Below the pieces are notes generated by a model. That model was given only the letters and a program-made list of their open reading frames with translations. It was not told where the DNA came from and did no database searches. From an uncultured Clostridia bacterium (lineage in GTDB: Bacteria > Bacillota > Clostridia > JAAYHZ01): 64,000 nt of DNA. This document shows, piece by piece, positions 10,066 through 20,409 of this stretch (its first letter is position 1; every line of letters starts with the position of its first letter). The translations under genes were made by a program, and so were the position numbers. The stretch spans positions 1,244 through 65,243 of the forward strand of contig CALCRE010000299.1 in NCBI GenBank assembly GCA_937894465.1. The letters run 5' to 3'.

Positions 10066-10528
10066 CCCCACACCACTTATCCCGACAAATCTGTTATCGC
10101 GATTTTCTGTCCAGGAATAAAGCCACAATAAGGCTTCGATCAAGCCGGCAATATCACATTTTTTTATAAATTTACGTTGATAGTTATCATGCTCTTTGTC
10201 TCTTGTTAGTCGTAACGCTTGTTCGAGTGGAAACCAGACCACCGTTACGTCCTCAGCAATTTGTTCATGTTAGGCAGCTCACCCTTTTCGCAGAAGACAC
10301 GGCCCATGAAATATATGCATTCCTGCAAAAATCATGATCATAACTATTTTCCGAGAATCCACCTCGGTTCTCCGGTTATTTCGCATGGACGTCCGATCTC
10401 TTCCCAAATCTCACGCTTAACAGCGATAACTCTTCACGTCCTTTGTAAAACTCCGCAATCTCACACATATTGAACATGTCTTTACCAACATTCGTAATAT
10501 GAACAAGATGCGAATGCTTATTACCTCT

Positions 10529-11299
10529 TTATGAATCCTCATAACTGGTGTAGTTGTAGTAGTTATAATAACGGCCGGATCTTTTATCGATCTTGGTCAA
10601 CACAACGCCTAAAATGTTGGCATTTATATTCAAAAGAGCTTGTTTCGCACGGATTGCCGCCTGCACATTGGTTTTCCCGGAAGCGATGACCAGCAGCACA
10701 CCATCCGTTACCTTACTGACAACGGCAGCATCAGCCAATTGTGCTACGGGAGGTGTGTCAATAACAATGATATCAAATGCTTTTTTTAATAAATCCAAAA
10801 AGTTTTTGAACTTTTGTGACGAGAGAATTTCAACAGGATTCGGCGGAGTAAAACCGGCTGTCAATATAAATAAATTTTCAATTTCAGGAACTTCTTTTAC
10901 ATAACTTATAACCGATTGATCCTCCAAGATCATGTCGGCTAATATATGAGTTAACCCCACATCATTGCCTATACGGAAATTGTGATGAATTTTAGGTTTC
11001 CTTAAATCACACTCTATAAGTAAAACCTTTTTGTCTATTTGTGCCAAAGATATGGCTAAGTTACATGCTGTTGTGGATTTTCCGTCACTTGGCTCCGGAC
11101 TGGTGACGGCAATGGTTTTTAATTCATTGTCTATACCGGCAAACCCTATGTTCGTCCTCAATGCACGAAATGCTTCAGCTGCATGTGACTTAGGTTCATG
11201 ATACACAATCAAGTTTTGACTTAGCTCTCTCCTGACGGAACGTATCCTATGTGTTTTATTAGCCTTGACGGTATCTTCTTGTTTGTGAAGTAAATTCAT
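10529..11299 (-). CDS. BY-kinase (CpsD/CapB/YwqD-family protein-tyrosine kinase), cytoplasmic orphan
   Basis: AFRALRTNIGF; Walker A TSPEPSDGKST; LLIECDLRKP; VIDTPP. Start placed at MNLLHKQ after an AGGAGA RBS. Confidence 0.7.
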   Translation of the reverse strand: MNLLHKQEDTVKANKTHRIRSVRRELSQNLIVYHEPKSHAAEAFRALRTNIGFAGIDNELKTIAVTSPEPSDGKSTTACNLAISLAQIDKKVLLIECDLRKPKIHHNFRIGNDVGLTHILADMILEDQSVISYVKEVPEIENLFILTAGFTPPNPVEILSSQKFKNFLDLLKKAFDIIVIDTPPVAQLADAAVVSKVTDGVLLVIASGKTNVQAAIRAKQALLNINANILGVVLTKIDKRSGRYYNYYNYTSYEDS

Positions 11300-11466
11300 T
11301 AAACTTTCTCCTGTTTCATTTGAATAAAAACATTGCGGTCTACCCTTACCGGTTGTGTAGGCAACCGGTAAGGGATGTACAATCCATTCGACCACCTTGT
11401 CATGGGATCACTCTATCATGCGGTCACCCTGTTATGGGTCACCCTGTATGTGATCATATAGTGCAT

Positions 11467-11907
11467 CTATGTGCTTTGATCAATAAAAACTCCCTCTATC
11501 GATCTATACTTTTTGCAATAGGCGTTTTTACTTGTTTTTATATTTTGTAACCTTATCAATTCCTTTTTGTATTCTTCCGTTTTGCCGCTCAAAAGGCTTT
11601 TATTGACTTGATCCAATTCATTGATGTTCATAAAGACCCTTTTCATTTCATTCAACAGCTCTATTACGGCCGGGATGGAAGAACCATCGTTTAACCCCTT
11701 TAATTGTTTGTCCAGTTCATTGATAGTTTTGATGAATTTGCTTTTCTGCTCTAAGCATGAAGTAACCTCTTCCAGGTTGACTTCATCGGTTTTCAAGGAG
11801 TCGTTTATAGAACGAGATATTTTTAATATCTCTATTGCCTGAGATTTTTTTTCATATAAAAGAGCTACAACTTTTTGATCCATCACCGGTCCTTGCTCAT
11901 TCATCAT
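11467..11907 (-). CDS. FliT-like/FlgN-like flagellar chaperone (putative), gene downstream of fliS
   Basis: 146-aa coiled-coil-rich protein in the fliD-fliS-fliT position. Confidence 0.35.
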   Translation of the reverse strand: MMNEQGPVMDQKVVALLYEKKSQAIEILKISRSINDSLKTDEVNLEEVTSCLEQKSKFIKTINELDKQLKGLNDGSSIPAVIELLNEMKRVFMNINELDQVNKSLLSGKTEEYKKELIRLQNIKTSKNAYCKKYRSIEGVFIDQST

Positions 11908-12280
11908 TATGCAAGCCTCTTCTATGTTTATTGACGGTTTCGGCCCACGCTTGTCTTAAGTCGGACAATAATGCTGATGCATGATCCAAATCCTCCTTGC
12001 TGTTCTTTATATTGGCATGAACCAAAAGGCGGAAAATGAATTCATACATATGAAAAAGGTTATAGGAGATTTCATAATCCATATCCAATGTAGACATCAG
12101 CTCAGTTAATATGGCTTGTGCTTTTTGAAGCGCAATATTTTTCTTTTCGTGACTGTCTATAAATTTGTTTGCCAACCCGATTTGTTTTAAGCATCCGTCA
12201 TACAACATTAAAGTTAACTCTCCGGGAGAAGCCGTCATAATAGATATTTGCTTATATTGTTGATATGGATTCTCTAGCAT
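11897..12280 (-). CDS. fliS: flagellar export chaperone FliS
   Basis: NPYQQY...TASPGELTLMLYDG; start placed at MLENPY after a GGGAGG RBS. Confidence 0.85.
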   Translation of the reverse strand: MLENPYQQYKQISIMTASPGELTLMLYDGCLKQIGLANKFIDSHEKKNIALQKAQAILTELMSTLDMDYEISYNLFHMYEFIFRLLVHANIKNSKEDLDHASALLSDLRQAWAETVNKHRRGLHNDE

Positions 12281-12299
12281 TTCTTCATCCTCCCGTCTA

Positions 12300-13811
12300 T
12301 TAAACCGCACCCATTTGTTGGGCAATCCACGCGCTCTGGCTGTTCATCTCCGCTAAAGCGGACTCCATAGCTGCAAATTGTCGATACACTCTTTCACTTT
12401 TGCGGTACATTTCAATCTCCATACTCTCCATCCGTTTGTTATACTCGCTAATCTGTTCACTGAGTTCGGTAAAGTCCACCCTTCCGTTATACCGGGTAAA
12501 AGAAGACAGCATGCGGGGTATAAATCCGGATTCAGCATACTTCGTTGTATTATCCTTGGAATCAGAGTTTACAGTAAAAAGTTTCATGACATTATCAGGG
12601 TTGTTTTGTATGGCACTTCGAAGCTTTTGTTCGTCTATCACAAGCTTTCCCCTGCCTTTATAGGAACCGGTGGTGATCCCGATATCGAACAAGCTCAAAT
12701 TCAACCCTTCAACCTTTTGATATACGCTTCCCCTTAACTCGGATAACAAAGTGGAAATACCAAAATCATTCCGTAACAAACCTTTTCTAGCTTCGGTTTC
12801 CCAATTGGCTATTTCATCTTCACTCATATCCTTTTTTTGAATGTCGGTCAGAGGTTGATAGTTATAGCTTTTGGTTTCATAAATTCTTTCATTCAAGTCT
12901 TCAATCAGTTTATTATAACCACCTATAAAGTCCTTGATTTTATTGACGGTAGGTTCAATATTACGTGATACATTAAAATGAACCGGTGTATCTAAGGTAC
13001 CTCTTAAGTTGTATTCAATACCGTCAATGGTAAATGTATTGCTTTGTTTGATAACATCATATCCGTTGATTTGAAGCTTGGCATCAGCACCTGTAAATGT
13101 TCCGGTATGAATTCCTAGAGCAGAATCCACACCAAAAATGTTTCCTAATATATTTTCAACTGTTAGTTCTGCTGAAGATCCGGTATTCTTCGTCGATAAA
13201 GTGAAGCTATCTGATAAACTGCTGTATTGCATGTTTACATTAGCTTCACTGTTATTGACGGTATTCATCACCTTTTGCAAAGAATCGGATTCACTGAATG
13301 TAAATTCCACATTGTTAATACGAAAAGAAATGGCACCATCTATAAATTCCATTGGTGTTATTAACGATAAGTCTTTAAGTGCAACGGATGTGTTCAATCC
13401 TTGCCCTCCGGTGATCCCCCCCTCACTAAGGGCTTTTGCACTTTCCGCAATACAGGTGATGTTGTCGATTACATAATTGCCTGCCACAGCGTTGCCACCG
13501 GCAGTAACCTTTATACTTGAATCAGGAACCATATCCACATCATAAGCTTTGTATACAGCAGAAGAATACATATTTGTATCCGGACTTAAAACACTCATGT
13601 ACTTATCTCTAAACTCCCGAATGGTGTTGTTAACGTCTCTTAATGATTCGTTTTTCCATTCGATCAGTGTTTTACTCCTGTACAATTTATCTATTTTTAA
13701 TTGTTCGATCTGCATCAAGCTGTTTACTAAACTGTCAGTATCCATTCCGGATACCATACCGCTCACTCTTGACGGACCGGATAGACCTGATAAATAACTA
13801 CTGTATGACAC
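12300..13811 (-). CDS. fliD: flagellar filament cap protein FliD (HAP2)
   Basis: GMDTDSLVNSLMQIEQ N-terminus; 503 aa. Confidence 0.85.
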   Translation of the reverse strand: MSYSSYLSGLSGPSRVSGMVSGMDTDSLVNSLMQIEQLKIDKLYRSKTLIEWKNESLRDVNNTIREFRDKYMSVLSPDTNMYSSAVYKAYDVDMVPDSSIKVTAGGNAVAGNYVIDNITCIAESAKALSEGGITGGQGLNTSVALKDLSLITPMEFIDGAISFRINNVEFTFSESDSLQKVMNTVNNSEANVNMQYSSLSDSFTLSTKNTGSSAELTVENILGNIFGVDSALGIHTGTFTGADAKLQINGYDVIKQSNTFTIDGIEYNLRGTLDTPVHFNVSRNIEPTVNKIKDFIGGYNKLIEDLNERIYETKSYNYQPLTDIQKKDMSEDEIANWETEARKGLLRNDFGISTLLSELRGSVYQKVEGLNLSLFDIGITTGSYKGRGKLVIDEQKLRSAIQNNPDNVMKLFTVNSDSKDNTTKYAESGFIPRMLSSFTRYNGRVDFTELSEQISEYNKRMESMEIEMYRKSERVYRQFAAMESALAEMNSQSAWIAQQMGAV

Positions 13812-13935
13812 GGATAACCTCTCTTTGTTTTATTATGTTTAGAGTCTTGCTTGTTTCACTTTCTTTTTTCTTGTTATTGTTGTGTGTTCCTTTGTTATTG
13901 ATATACTATTTGGTGTTATTGGAATGTTTGTTGTT

Positions 13936-13960
13936 GTAAGGCCGGCTTTGCCGGCCTTAC
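13936..13960 (-). terminator. GC-rich perfect hairpin (11-bp stem GTAAGGCCGGC/GCCGGCCTTAC) just downstream of flagellin
   Basis: Read directly; weak or absent U-tract. Confidence 0.4.
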
Positions 13961-13976
13961 TTCTGTGGTCATGGCT

Positions 13977-15095
13977 TTATCTTAATAATTGGAGAACTGT
14001 CTGTGGGGATTGGTTTGCTTGTGCCAACATAGCTGTTGCCGCTTGGGTCAGGATGTTGTTCTTTGTGAAGTTCATCATTTCTTTGGCCATGTCAACGTCA
14101 CGAATACGGCTTTCTGCTGCTTGCAGGTTCTCAGCCGATATGCTCAAGCTGTTGATCTTGTGCTCTAAACGGTTTTGATAAGCACCTAACTTCGCACGTT
14201 CTGTAGATACACTATTGAGGGCACCGTTAACTGATGAAATTGCAGATTGAGCGTTTGCTCTGTTATCAACGCTTGCAGTGTCAATACTTAAGCCTGTTGT
14301 ACTCATATTTGCTATAGATAATGACAGTTCATCACCTTGAGATGCGCCGGTTTGGAATATAGCTGCAGCGCCGGCTGCTGTGATATCAAATGAAGTAGCT
14401 GATGCAGATGTACCGAAAACAGTTTCCGCATCACTTATCAGAAAGCTGTTATTTAAGTCTATCTCAATACCGAATGTTGAAAAATTTAATGGTTGAGCCT
14501 TATCTGCAATAGCAAGTGTCTGTGTAGTCGTTCCATCTGTTATTGTTACGGTTTCGGCAGTACCATCTGCATAAATACTATAAGTGCCTGCTTTTGCTTG
14601 TTCCGATACTTTTACACCTTCAAAAGCTGTATCTGTTATTACAGTACCCATATCGGTAGTAGGAGTTCCGCCAAATGAGCCGTCTAACAAAGTTTTACCG
14701 TTAAACTTGGTTGTAGAAGAAATATCATCGATCTCATTCTTGAGTTCGGTAAATTCTTGGTTTAGTGCTTCGCGGTCAACGGAGTCTTGGTTTGTATCAC
14801 TTGCTGATTGTACTGCAAGTTCGCTCATTCTTTGTAAGATGGCGTGAGTTTCGGTTAAAGCACCTTCTGCTGTTTGGATTAAGGATATGGCATCCTGTGA
14901 GTTTTTAGCAGCCATGTCCAATCCACGGATCTGAGCTCTCATTTTTTCAGAGATTGCCAAACCTGCTGCATCATCCCCTGCTCTGTTGATTCTGTAACCG
15001 GATGATAACTTCTCAATGGATTTGGATGTATTGCTGTTATTGATACTCAAGTACCTTTGTGTGTTCATTGCCATTAAATTATTATTAATACGCAT
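13977..15095 (-). CDS. fliC: flagellin
   Basis: MRINNNLMAMNTQRYL...GYRINRAGDDAAGLAISEKMRAQIRGL; C-terminal QANQSPQTVLQLLR. Confidence 0.9.
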   Translation of the reverse strand: MRINNNLMAMNTQRYLSINNSNTSKSIEKLSSGYRINRAGDDAAGLAISEKMRAQIRGLDMAAKNSQDAISLIQTAEGALTETHAILQRMSELAVQSASDTNQDSVDREALNQEFTELKNEIDDISSTTKFNGKTLLDGSFGGTPTTDMGTVITDTAFEGVKVSEQAKAGTYSIYADGTAETVTITDGTTTQTLAIADKAQPLNFSTFGIEIDLNNSFLISDAETVFGTSASATSFDITAAGAAAIFQTGASQGDELSLSIANMSTTGLSIDTASVDNRANAQSAISSVNGALNSVSTERAKLGAYQNRLEHKINSLSISAENLQAAESRIRDVDMAKEMMNFTKNNILTQAATAMLAQANQSPQTVLQLLR

Positions 15096-15103
15096 TATAA
15101 AAA

Positions 15104-15135
15104 ACCTCCATGAAAATCTTTCGGCATCCTTGCCT
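15104..15135 (-). promoter_or_regulatory. flagellin 5'UTR with putative CsrA-binding GGA motifs (CAAGGAUGC and SD-overlapping AUGGAGG)
   Basis: Minus-strand ...GCAAGGAUGCCGAAAGAUUUUCAUGGAGGUUUUUUAUAAUG; the fliW-csrA pair sits in the same regulon. Confidence 0.35.
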
Positions 15136-15364
15136 ATTTGTTCAGCAACTTCCTTTGGTGTCAGGCGCCTTGATCCGTGTGAATTGCCTTACATACTATT
15201 TATCGTATGATCAACGAAAAACTTTAGGGGGTTTTCAAATATTATTGGTTGTTTTATTGGTTACCCTTTTACTTTCATGACTTTAATGAAGGAATTTGAT
15301 TGCAATATCAGCTTCCGCTTCGTTTATTGATATGTGCTACAATACAATTAATAAAGGAATTGAG

Positions 15365-15625
15365 CTATAGGATAATATCATCAAAGTATTTGTCCAGTTC
15401 ATCCGGTGTAACTCCCATACGTCCTGCCAGACGGTCTTCCTCAACTGCCAGCAGTTCTTCCCATAGCTTTAGCATTTTTTCCCGGCGGGTAAACGTCTCT
15501 ATATCCATAACCACAAGGTCGCCCTTGCCGTTTTTAGTAAGATTCACAGGCTCCCCGGAAGACTTGCACAACGCCGCAATTTTATTGTAATTCTTTCTTA
15601 TAGTTGCGGATGGTTTAATCTGCAT
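15365..15625 (-). CDS. Phd/YefM-like antitoxin-fold protein (orphan)
   Basis: IRKNYNKIAALCKSSGEPVNLTKNGKGDLVVMDIETFTRRE resembles the YefM pattern; AAGGAG RBS. Confidence 0.4.
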   Translation of the reverse strand: MQIKPSATIRKNYNKIAALCKSSGEPVNLTKNGKGDLVVMDIETFTRREKMLKLWEELLAVEEDRLAGRMGVTPDELDKYFDDIIL

Positions 15626-15785
15626 TGTACCATCTCCTTTTGTAATATTCTAATTATATTTTACTTTTTAAGGCTATGAAATCAACCGGCAAAAGAAGCT
15701 TATAACCGAACCTGCTTACTACCTTTTCCCATACTGGCCAAGGCATCCGCGCACCGTCACCAAAAAATGACAAGCAACCCATCAG

Positions 15786-16724
15786 TTAGATCGGACGTTC
15801 CTTGTTAATAAATCCAAACGGAATGTGAACTAAAGGTATATCAATTAAAGATTTATCCAGGTGGTTAATTTGATCGTCAATAAATAAATGAGGTTTCAAT
15901 ATTTCCAAGATTCTTCTTTTCTCTATACCCCCTAGAAAAAACATCTCGTCGACATTGACATCCCAATGCGTTAATGTATTGATGGCTCTTTCATGAGCAG
16001 GTGCATTCCTAGCTGTAATAACTGCTGTTCTAAGCACTTTCTTATATTTAGGGTTCTCTTGTAACGCTTTATTCTCTAACTTCTGAAAAAAAGATACCTT
16101 TTGTAAAAAATCCATTAGCAAGCCAGCCTCTAATGGTTGACACGACAACTCACTCTCGTGCTTAAAATACTCATTAATATCATGACAGTTTTGATAAAAC
16201 TGTTCAGCTGAATCATCAACTAATACACCATCAAAATCAAAAGCAAGGCGAAGCTCCAAATCATCTTCATCATCGTGTATCTTTGTCTTTAGAATACTAC
16301 CGGCAGGGTAGTTCTTTTCAATTGCTTTTTTTACATCAGTTTCATCAGTTGATAAAAATAAAGAGATGTTATATGCTGGAATGTATTCAAAGGGACTTCT
16401 TCCAGATGTAAATGCCGCTCTTGATATATTAAGGTTATATTCTTTAATTGAGTTGAAAACCCTTAAACCTGTTTCAGGACTATTTTTAGATAATATAACA
16501 ACTTCGACTGGTCCCCTTTCGGGAAAAATTTTGTTTATGTTTAGAAACCTACGAATAAAAGGGTATGCTAAACCTTTCTCTAGCACTACTTTGCGATTCT
16601 CGGTCTGAAATTTTTTATAAGCTTCAAGTCCATCGTTATTAAATATCTCATCTTCAGTTTGTAAGTTAAATAATGCATTTGAAGATACACCAACAACAAG
16701 CTTTTTTTCAATTGGATAGGGCAT
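15786..16724 (-). CDS. HAD-superfamily 5'-nucleotidase-like protein
   Basis: LAFDFDGVLVDD (DxDG/T HAD motif I); family recalled as the bacterial '5-nucleotidase' HAD family; start at MPYPIEKK after AGGAGA. Confidence 0.5.
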   Translation of the reverse strand: MPYPIEKKLVVGVSSNALFNLQTEDEIFNNDGLEAYKKFQTENRKVVLEKGLAYPFIRRFLNINKIFPERGPVEVVILSKNSPETGLRVFNSIKEYNLNISRAAFTSGRSPFEYIPAYNISLFLSTDETDVKKAIEKNYPAGSILKTKIHDDEDDLELRLAFDFDGVLVDDSAEQFYQNCHDINEYFKHESELSCQPLEAGLLMDFLQKVSFFQKLENKALQENPKYKKVLRTAVITARNAPAHERAINTLTHWDVNVDEMFFLGGIEKRRILEILKPHLFIDDQINHLDKSLIDIPLVHIPFGFINKERPI

Positions 16725-16865
16725 ATTCTTTCTCCTGGTTTTTTTTGAGGTATTATGGCACATAAAACAGGATCAAAGTACACATGTTTGTTAAGACCTA
16801 ATCACTCCAAATAACGCCTTTGACGGTATTTAAAGTGCCTTCGTTGAAATAACGCTGACCATATA

Positions 16866-17424
16866 CTAACCCCTTTTAGCTTTTATTGACCCATTACGCT
16901 TACATAACTTACCGGAACATTTTACCCCTAACTCTTTACATAAAGGTTTAATTTCGCAACATATTTCTTCCATAACTTTTTTCATGTCTAGCACCCCTAT
17001 GAAATCAGTTGTTTCTCCGCCTATAATATATACTCTGTTAGCCTTTTTAAAGAGGTTTTCCAATTTCTTAACACCATTTGAACCGCTGATGGTTGTAGAA
17101 TTAGGCAATCTTAAATACTTGCATAGACCAGAAAAATCCTTTAAAAACCAATCTTCTATAGATTTTTTTGCTTTAATATGAATAACTTTTTTAGCACCGT
17201 TATCTAGTAAAAGCTTTTCTACATCTTTCCATTTAACTGGAGGTTTTTGTGAAAACTCTATAAGCTCTATTTTTATAATTACCTATACCTTTCAAATTTC
17301 TTGTTACAACTTTTGATACATTAAATTTTCTATCATCACACAGAGGTCGAATGTTTTTAAGCAACTTTTTGTAAAATTCAATCTCTGTTTCTCCTTCAAT
17401 AAAAATTGCAATGCCTTTATTCAT
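16866..17424 (-). pseudogene. DUF4276-like (Toprim-like) partner of an OLD-type ATPase, frameshifted
   Basis: MNKGIAIFIEGETEIEFYKKL N-terminus. Frame switches near 17240-17290 into ...KWKDVEKLLLDNGAKKVIHIKAKKSIEDWFL... (conserved E-x-W). Confidence 0.45.
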
Positions 17425-18699
17425 AAAAATCGTTCTCCAAGAATCTGCTTAACTCCACTATATCGTTCTCTGAGCCACTTAGAAGATCAAAAATATAGTA
17501 CCCTACAGACATATCAACATTACTAGCTTCATTTATTAGTGCTTTCTGCATTGATTGACGAACCTTAGAAAACCTAGCTACGCCATCGGGGTTTGGCAAT
17601 CCTATATAAATACTAGATAGTTCGAGATATTGAAGAATAAACGGCGAATGACTAGTTATAATAACTTTACACTCTCCTAAAAACTGAGATATCACTCTTA
17701 AGTAGCTTTGTAGTAGACTTGGATGAATTGAGTTTTCAGGTTCTTCAATAGCAATTAATGATAACCCATTAATATCAGCCAATAGTATACAAGCTAAAAG
17801 CAGAAACACTCTTTTTGCTCCATCAGACATGCTCTCAAAATTAATAGGTTGATTCAAATTCTTGTCAGTTACGTTTATTACATACAACTGGTTTGTTACC
17901 TTAAAAGGTATATCTTGAGGTATTTGCGTTTTTCCGCTATGCACAAAAGTTAATCCTTCTACAGTAATATCAGTGATTTGCGGGAAAAGTTGCATAAATG
18001 AACTTATTAGTAATTCATACTTATCAGGGAATTGTTTCTTAAGGTGAAATATTACTCTCGGTATATTCGCACTGTCATCAACTTCCAAGACCTCCATGTC
18101 TGTTCGAATAAACGGATCTGGTCTATATGATGAACTTGCATCAAGATGTCTTTCTACATGAATACTTAAATTGTTTATCTTTCTTATAACTTCACTGTAA
18201 AATAATCCGTCATATGCCTTTAACTTATTGATGATTAATTCATTTGGCTCAATAGAGATCTTATTACTACATCTTCCTGTTTCCGATGTTTTATAAAATG
18301 AATTATCTTCCGTTCTATTAATATATTGATTATACTTTTGATTTTTATCATCTAATTTAACTTTTAGCCACTCTCCAACAATTCTCGCTCCGGTGTCATC
18401 ATCTCTTACCCACATGAATCGATAACCATAAATTACATTGTAAGTAACATTATCAATAGCAGTCTGCATTTCAAATTCAATTTCAAAGTCTTTGGATGCT
18501 ATGGAATTCCTTTTATCCATGACATCATACGCTTTTTTCTTTCAACTGGATTTTTTATGAAGTCCACTCCAAAGTCTATAGCCTGAAGTAAATTAGACTT
18601 TCCATAGCTATTTAGCGATACTAAAGCTACCATATTATTTAATTCCACAACAGTATCGCTTATATTTCTAAATCCTCCAATCCTTATCTTATTCAATCT
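17417..18699 (-). pseudogene. AAA_15/AAA_21-type ATPase (OLD-family ATPase), frameshifted at an A6/T6 tract near 18520-18545
   Basis: N-terminal piece MRLNKIRIGGFRNISD...SLNSYGKSNLLQAI (Walker A). C-terminal piece has LIAIEEPENSIHP (Walker B). The two ORFs overlap out of frame. Confidence 0.6.
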
Positions 18700-19641
18700 C
18701 ATAGATGCCCTCCTTTCTAAACCCCAAGGATAATTTAATATGTTTTTCAAGATCATCATAACACCTCCCGTTGCATAACGCAATACATTTTTCCTTATTT
18801 TATTATATTGTTGACATTTCAGAAGGTTATATTCACTTTCACGCAAATTTATTTTTCGTTTATTTTTGATCGAGAGTTCACTGTATCCCTGTATTCTTTG
18901 ATTTATAAAGGTCTAATAACGCTCTTTTAATCTATAGAGCACGTCAGCTGCAAACCGACACCCTCTCGTAATTGCATAGTCTTACATTTTGTTTCGCATG
19001 AGCCGAAGTTTTAGTATTTCCCGGAATATTTCCTTTGCATTCGTATTACTCACTCCACATGCCTTGAGTGTACAAAAAAGATGCTTTACTCCTTTGGTAT
19101 CCCTTTGGCAGAAGCCTATATTTTTAACCTCCATGCTAAAGGAAAATTTGCTTATTATATTTGATTGAACTGGAGACCGTCGCCTTCGTATATGGGTTGA
19201 CCCACATTATGATGAGCAGCACGGCTGTATGGTACCGGCTTTTTCTAGAATATCTTTTAATAACTAATTGCTCCTTCGGGTTATAAGAACGAACTGATGA
19301 ATACTTTCCCCAAGACCGACGGTTAATTTCTTGTATAACCCAATAGCATAAAAGTGTCTACGTTTTGACTATTACTCTTTGTCCAAAAACTTTAGGGTTT
19401 AGTGACCTGTAAATATTTGGGCGTGTCTTAGTGGGTTTCTTTTTATTTTCAATGACATAGCATTTAGTTGGATCTTTATTTTTAAGAATAGAACGATCTT
19501 CTTTACTCATGAAGAATAACGTGCTAAAATTAAAAAAAAGTATGAATAACATTGTCTAACTTGGCTATAATAATTTTAAAAGCGGAACGTTATTCTTTAA
19601 ATATAAGAAAATCATGACTAAATTAAAAAGAGGTGAGTTAA

Positions 19642-20409
19642 GTGGATACGTTTACTGAACTGGCAAAGTTTCCGGTTTTTACAATTGATGATGTGAAGAA
19701 GCTGATAGATAATGAGAAGACAGCCTATACACAGCTGAATCGTTTAATGAAAAAGGGTATGATAAAAAAGATACGGAAGAATATATACTCTGCGGTTAAC
19801 CCGGCAACAGGACAGATGGTAGCGACTCGTTATCAAATCGCCTGTGCCATAACCGGCACTGCTTATATCTCTCATCATAGTGCCTTTGAATATTACGGCC
19901 TTGGAAATCAAGTCTTCTATGAAGTATATGTTTCTTCAGAAACAAAGTTCAATCACTTCGAACATGATCAAGTGACTTATAAATATGTTGTTTCAAAAAC
20001 GGAAGAAGGAGTCGTACAGGCAAAGAATACTACCGGTGTTAGGATCACAGATTTAGAAAGGACAGTCATAGACAGTATCCGCGACTTCAATAAAATAGGA
20101 GGATTTGAAGAACTCACAAACTGTTTGGAAGGTGTCCACTACTTGGATGAGACCAAGTTAAAACGGTATCTAGATATATACAATACCCAGGGGCTTTATC
20201 AAAAAGCCGGATATCTTTTGGATCACTATCAAAAGGAGATGCAACTTTCAAGGGAGTTTATAGAGTATTGCAAAAGCAAAATAGGAAAAAGCAGACGGTA
20301 TCTTGTAAGCGAAGCAAAAGTGAATAGCCATTACATCAGTGAATGGGAGCTTATGGTACCGATAGGTCTATTTGAATTAACAGATCATGGAGGTGATTTA
20401 CTTGTCTAA
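19642..20409 (+). CDS. abiEi: AbiEi-family antitoxin / transcriptional regulator (type IV TA)
   Basis: N-terminal wHTH (TQLNRLMKKGMIKKIRKNIY); C-terminal AbiEi fold; GTG start with RBS. Confidence 0.7.
   Translation: MDTFTELAKFPVFTIDDVKKLIDNEKTAYTQLNRLMKKGMIKKIRKNIYSAVNPATGQMVATRYQIACAITGTAYISHHSAFEYYGLGNQVFYEVYVSSETKFNHFEHDQVTYKYVVSKTEEGVVQAKNTTGVRITDLERTVIDSIRDFNKIGGFEELTNCLEGVHYLDETKLKRYLDIYNTQGLYQKAGYLLDHYQKEMQLSREFIEYCKSKIGKSRRYLVSEAKVNSHYISEWELMVPIGLFELTDHGGDLLV

Noticed and set aside
10045-10473. ORFs 10045..10242 (-) and 10219..10473 (+); a passing thought of a NUDIX hydrolase
   Set aside because: Motif order is inconsistent with NUDIX, and the region is riddled with stops in all frames. 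It is treated as debris rather than a gene.
10529-11395. Possibility that the P-loop protein is FlhG/MinD, given the flagellar neighbourhood
   Set aside because: Its Walker A (SPEPSDGKST), the preceding ..AFRALRTNIGF and VIDTPP are BY-kinase signatures, not MinD/FlhG (GKGGVGKT).
15113-15150. Sigma-28-like TGAA-N15-GCCGAAAG element
   Set aside because: It would put the TSS inside the flagellin RBS, leaving no 5'UTR. It is more likely part of the CsrA-binding leader.
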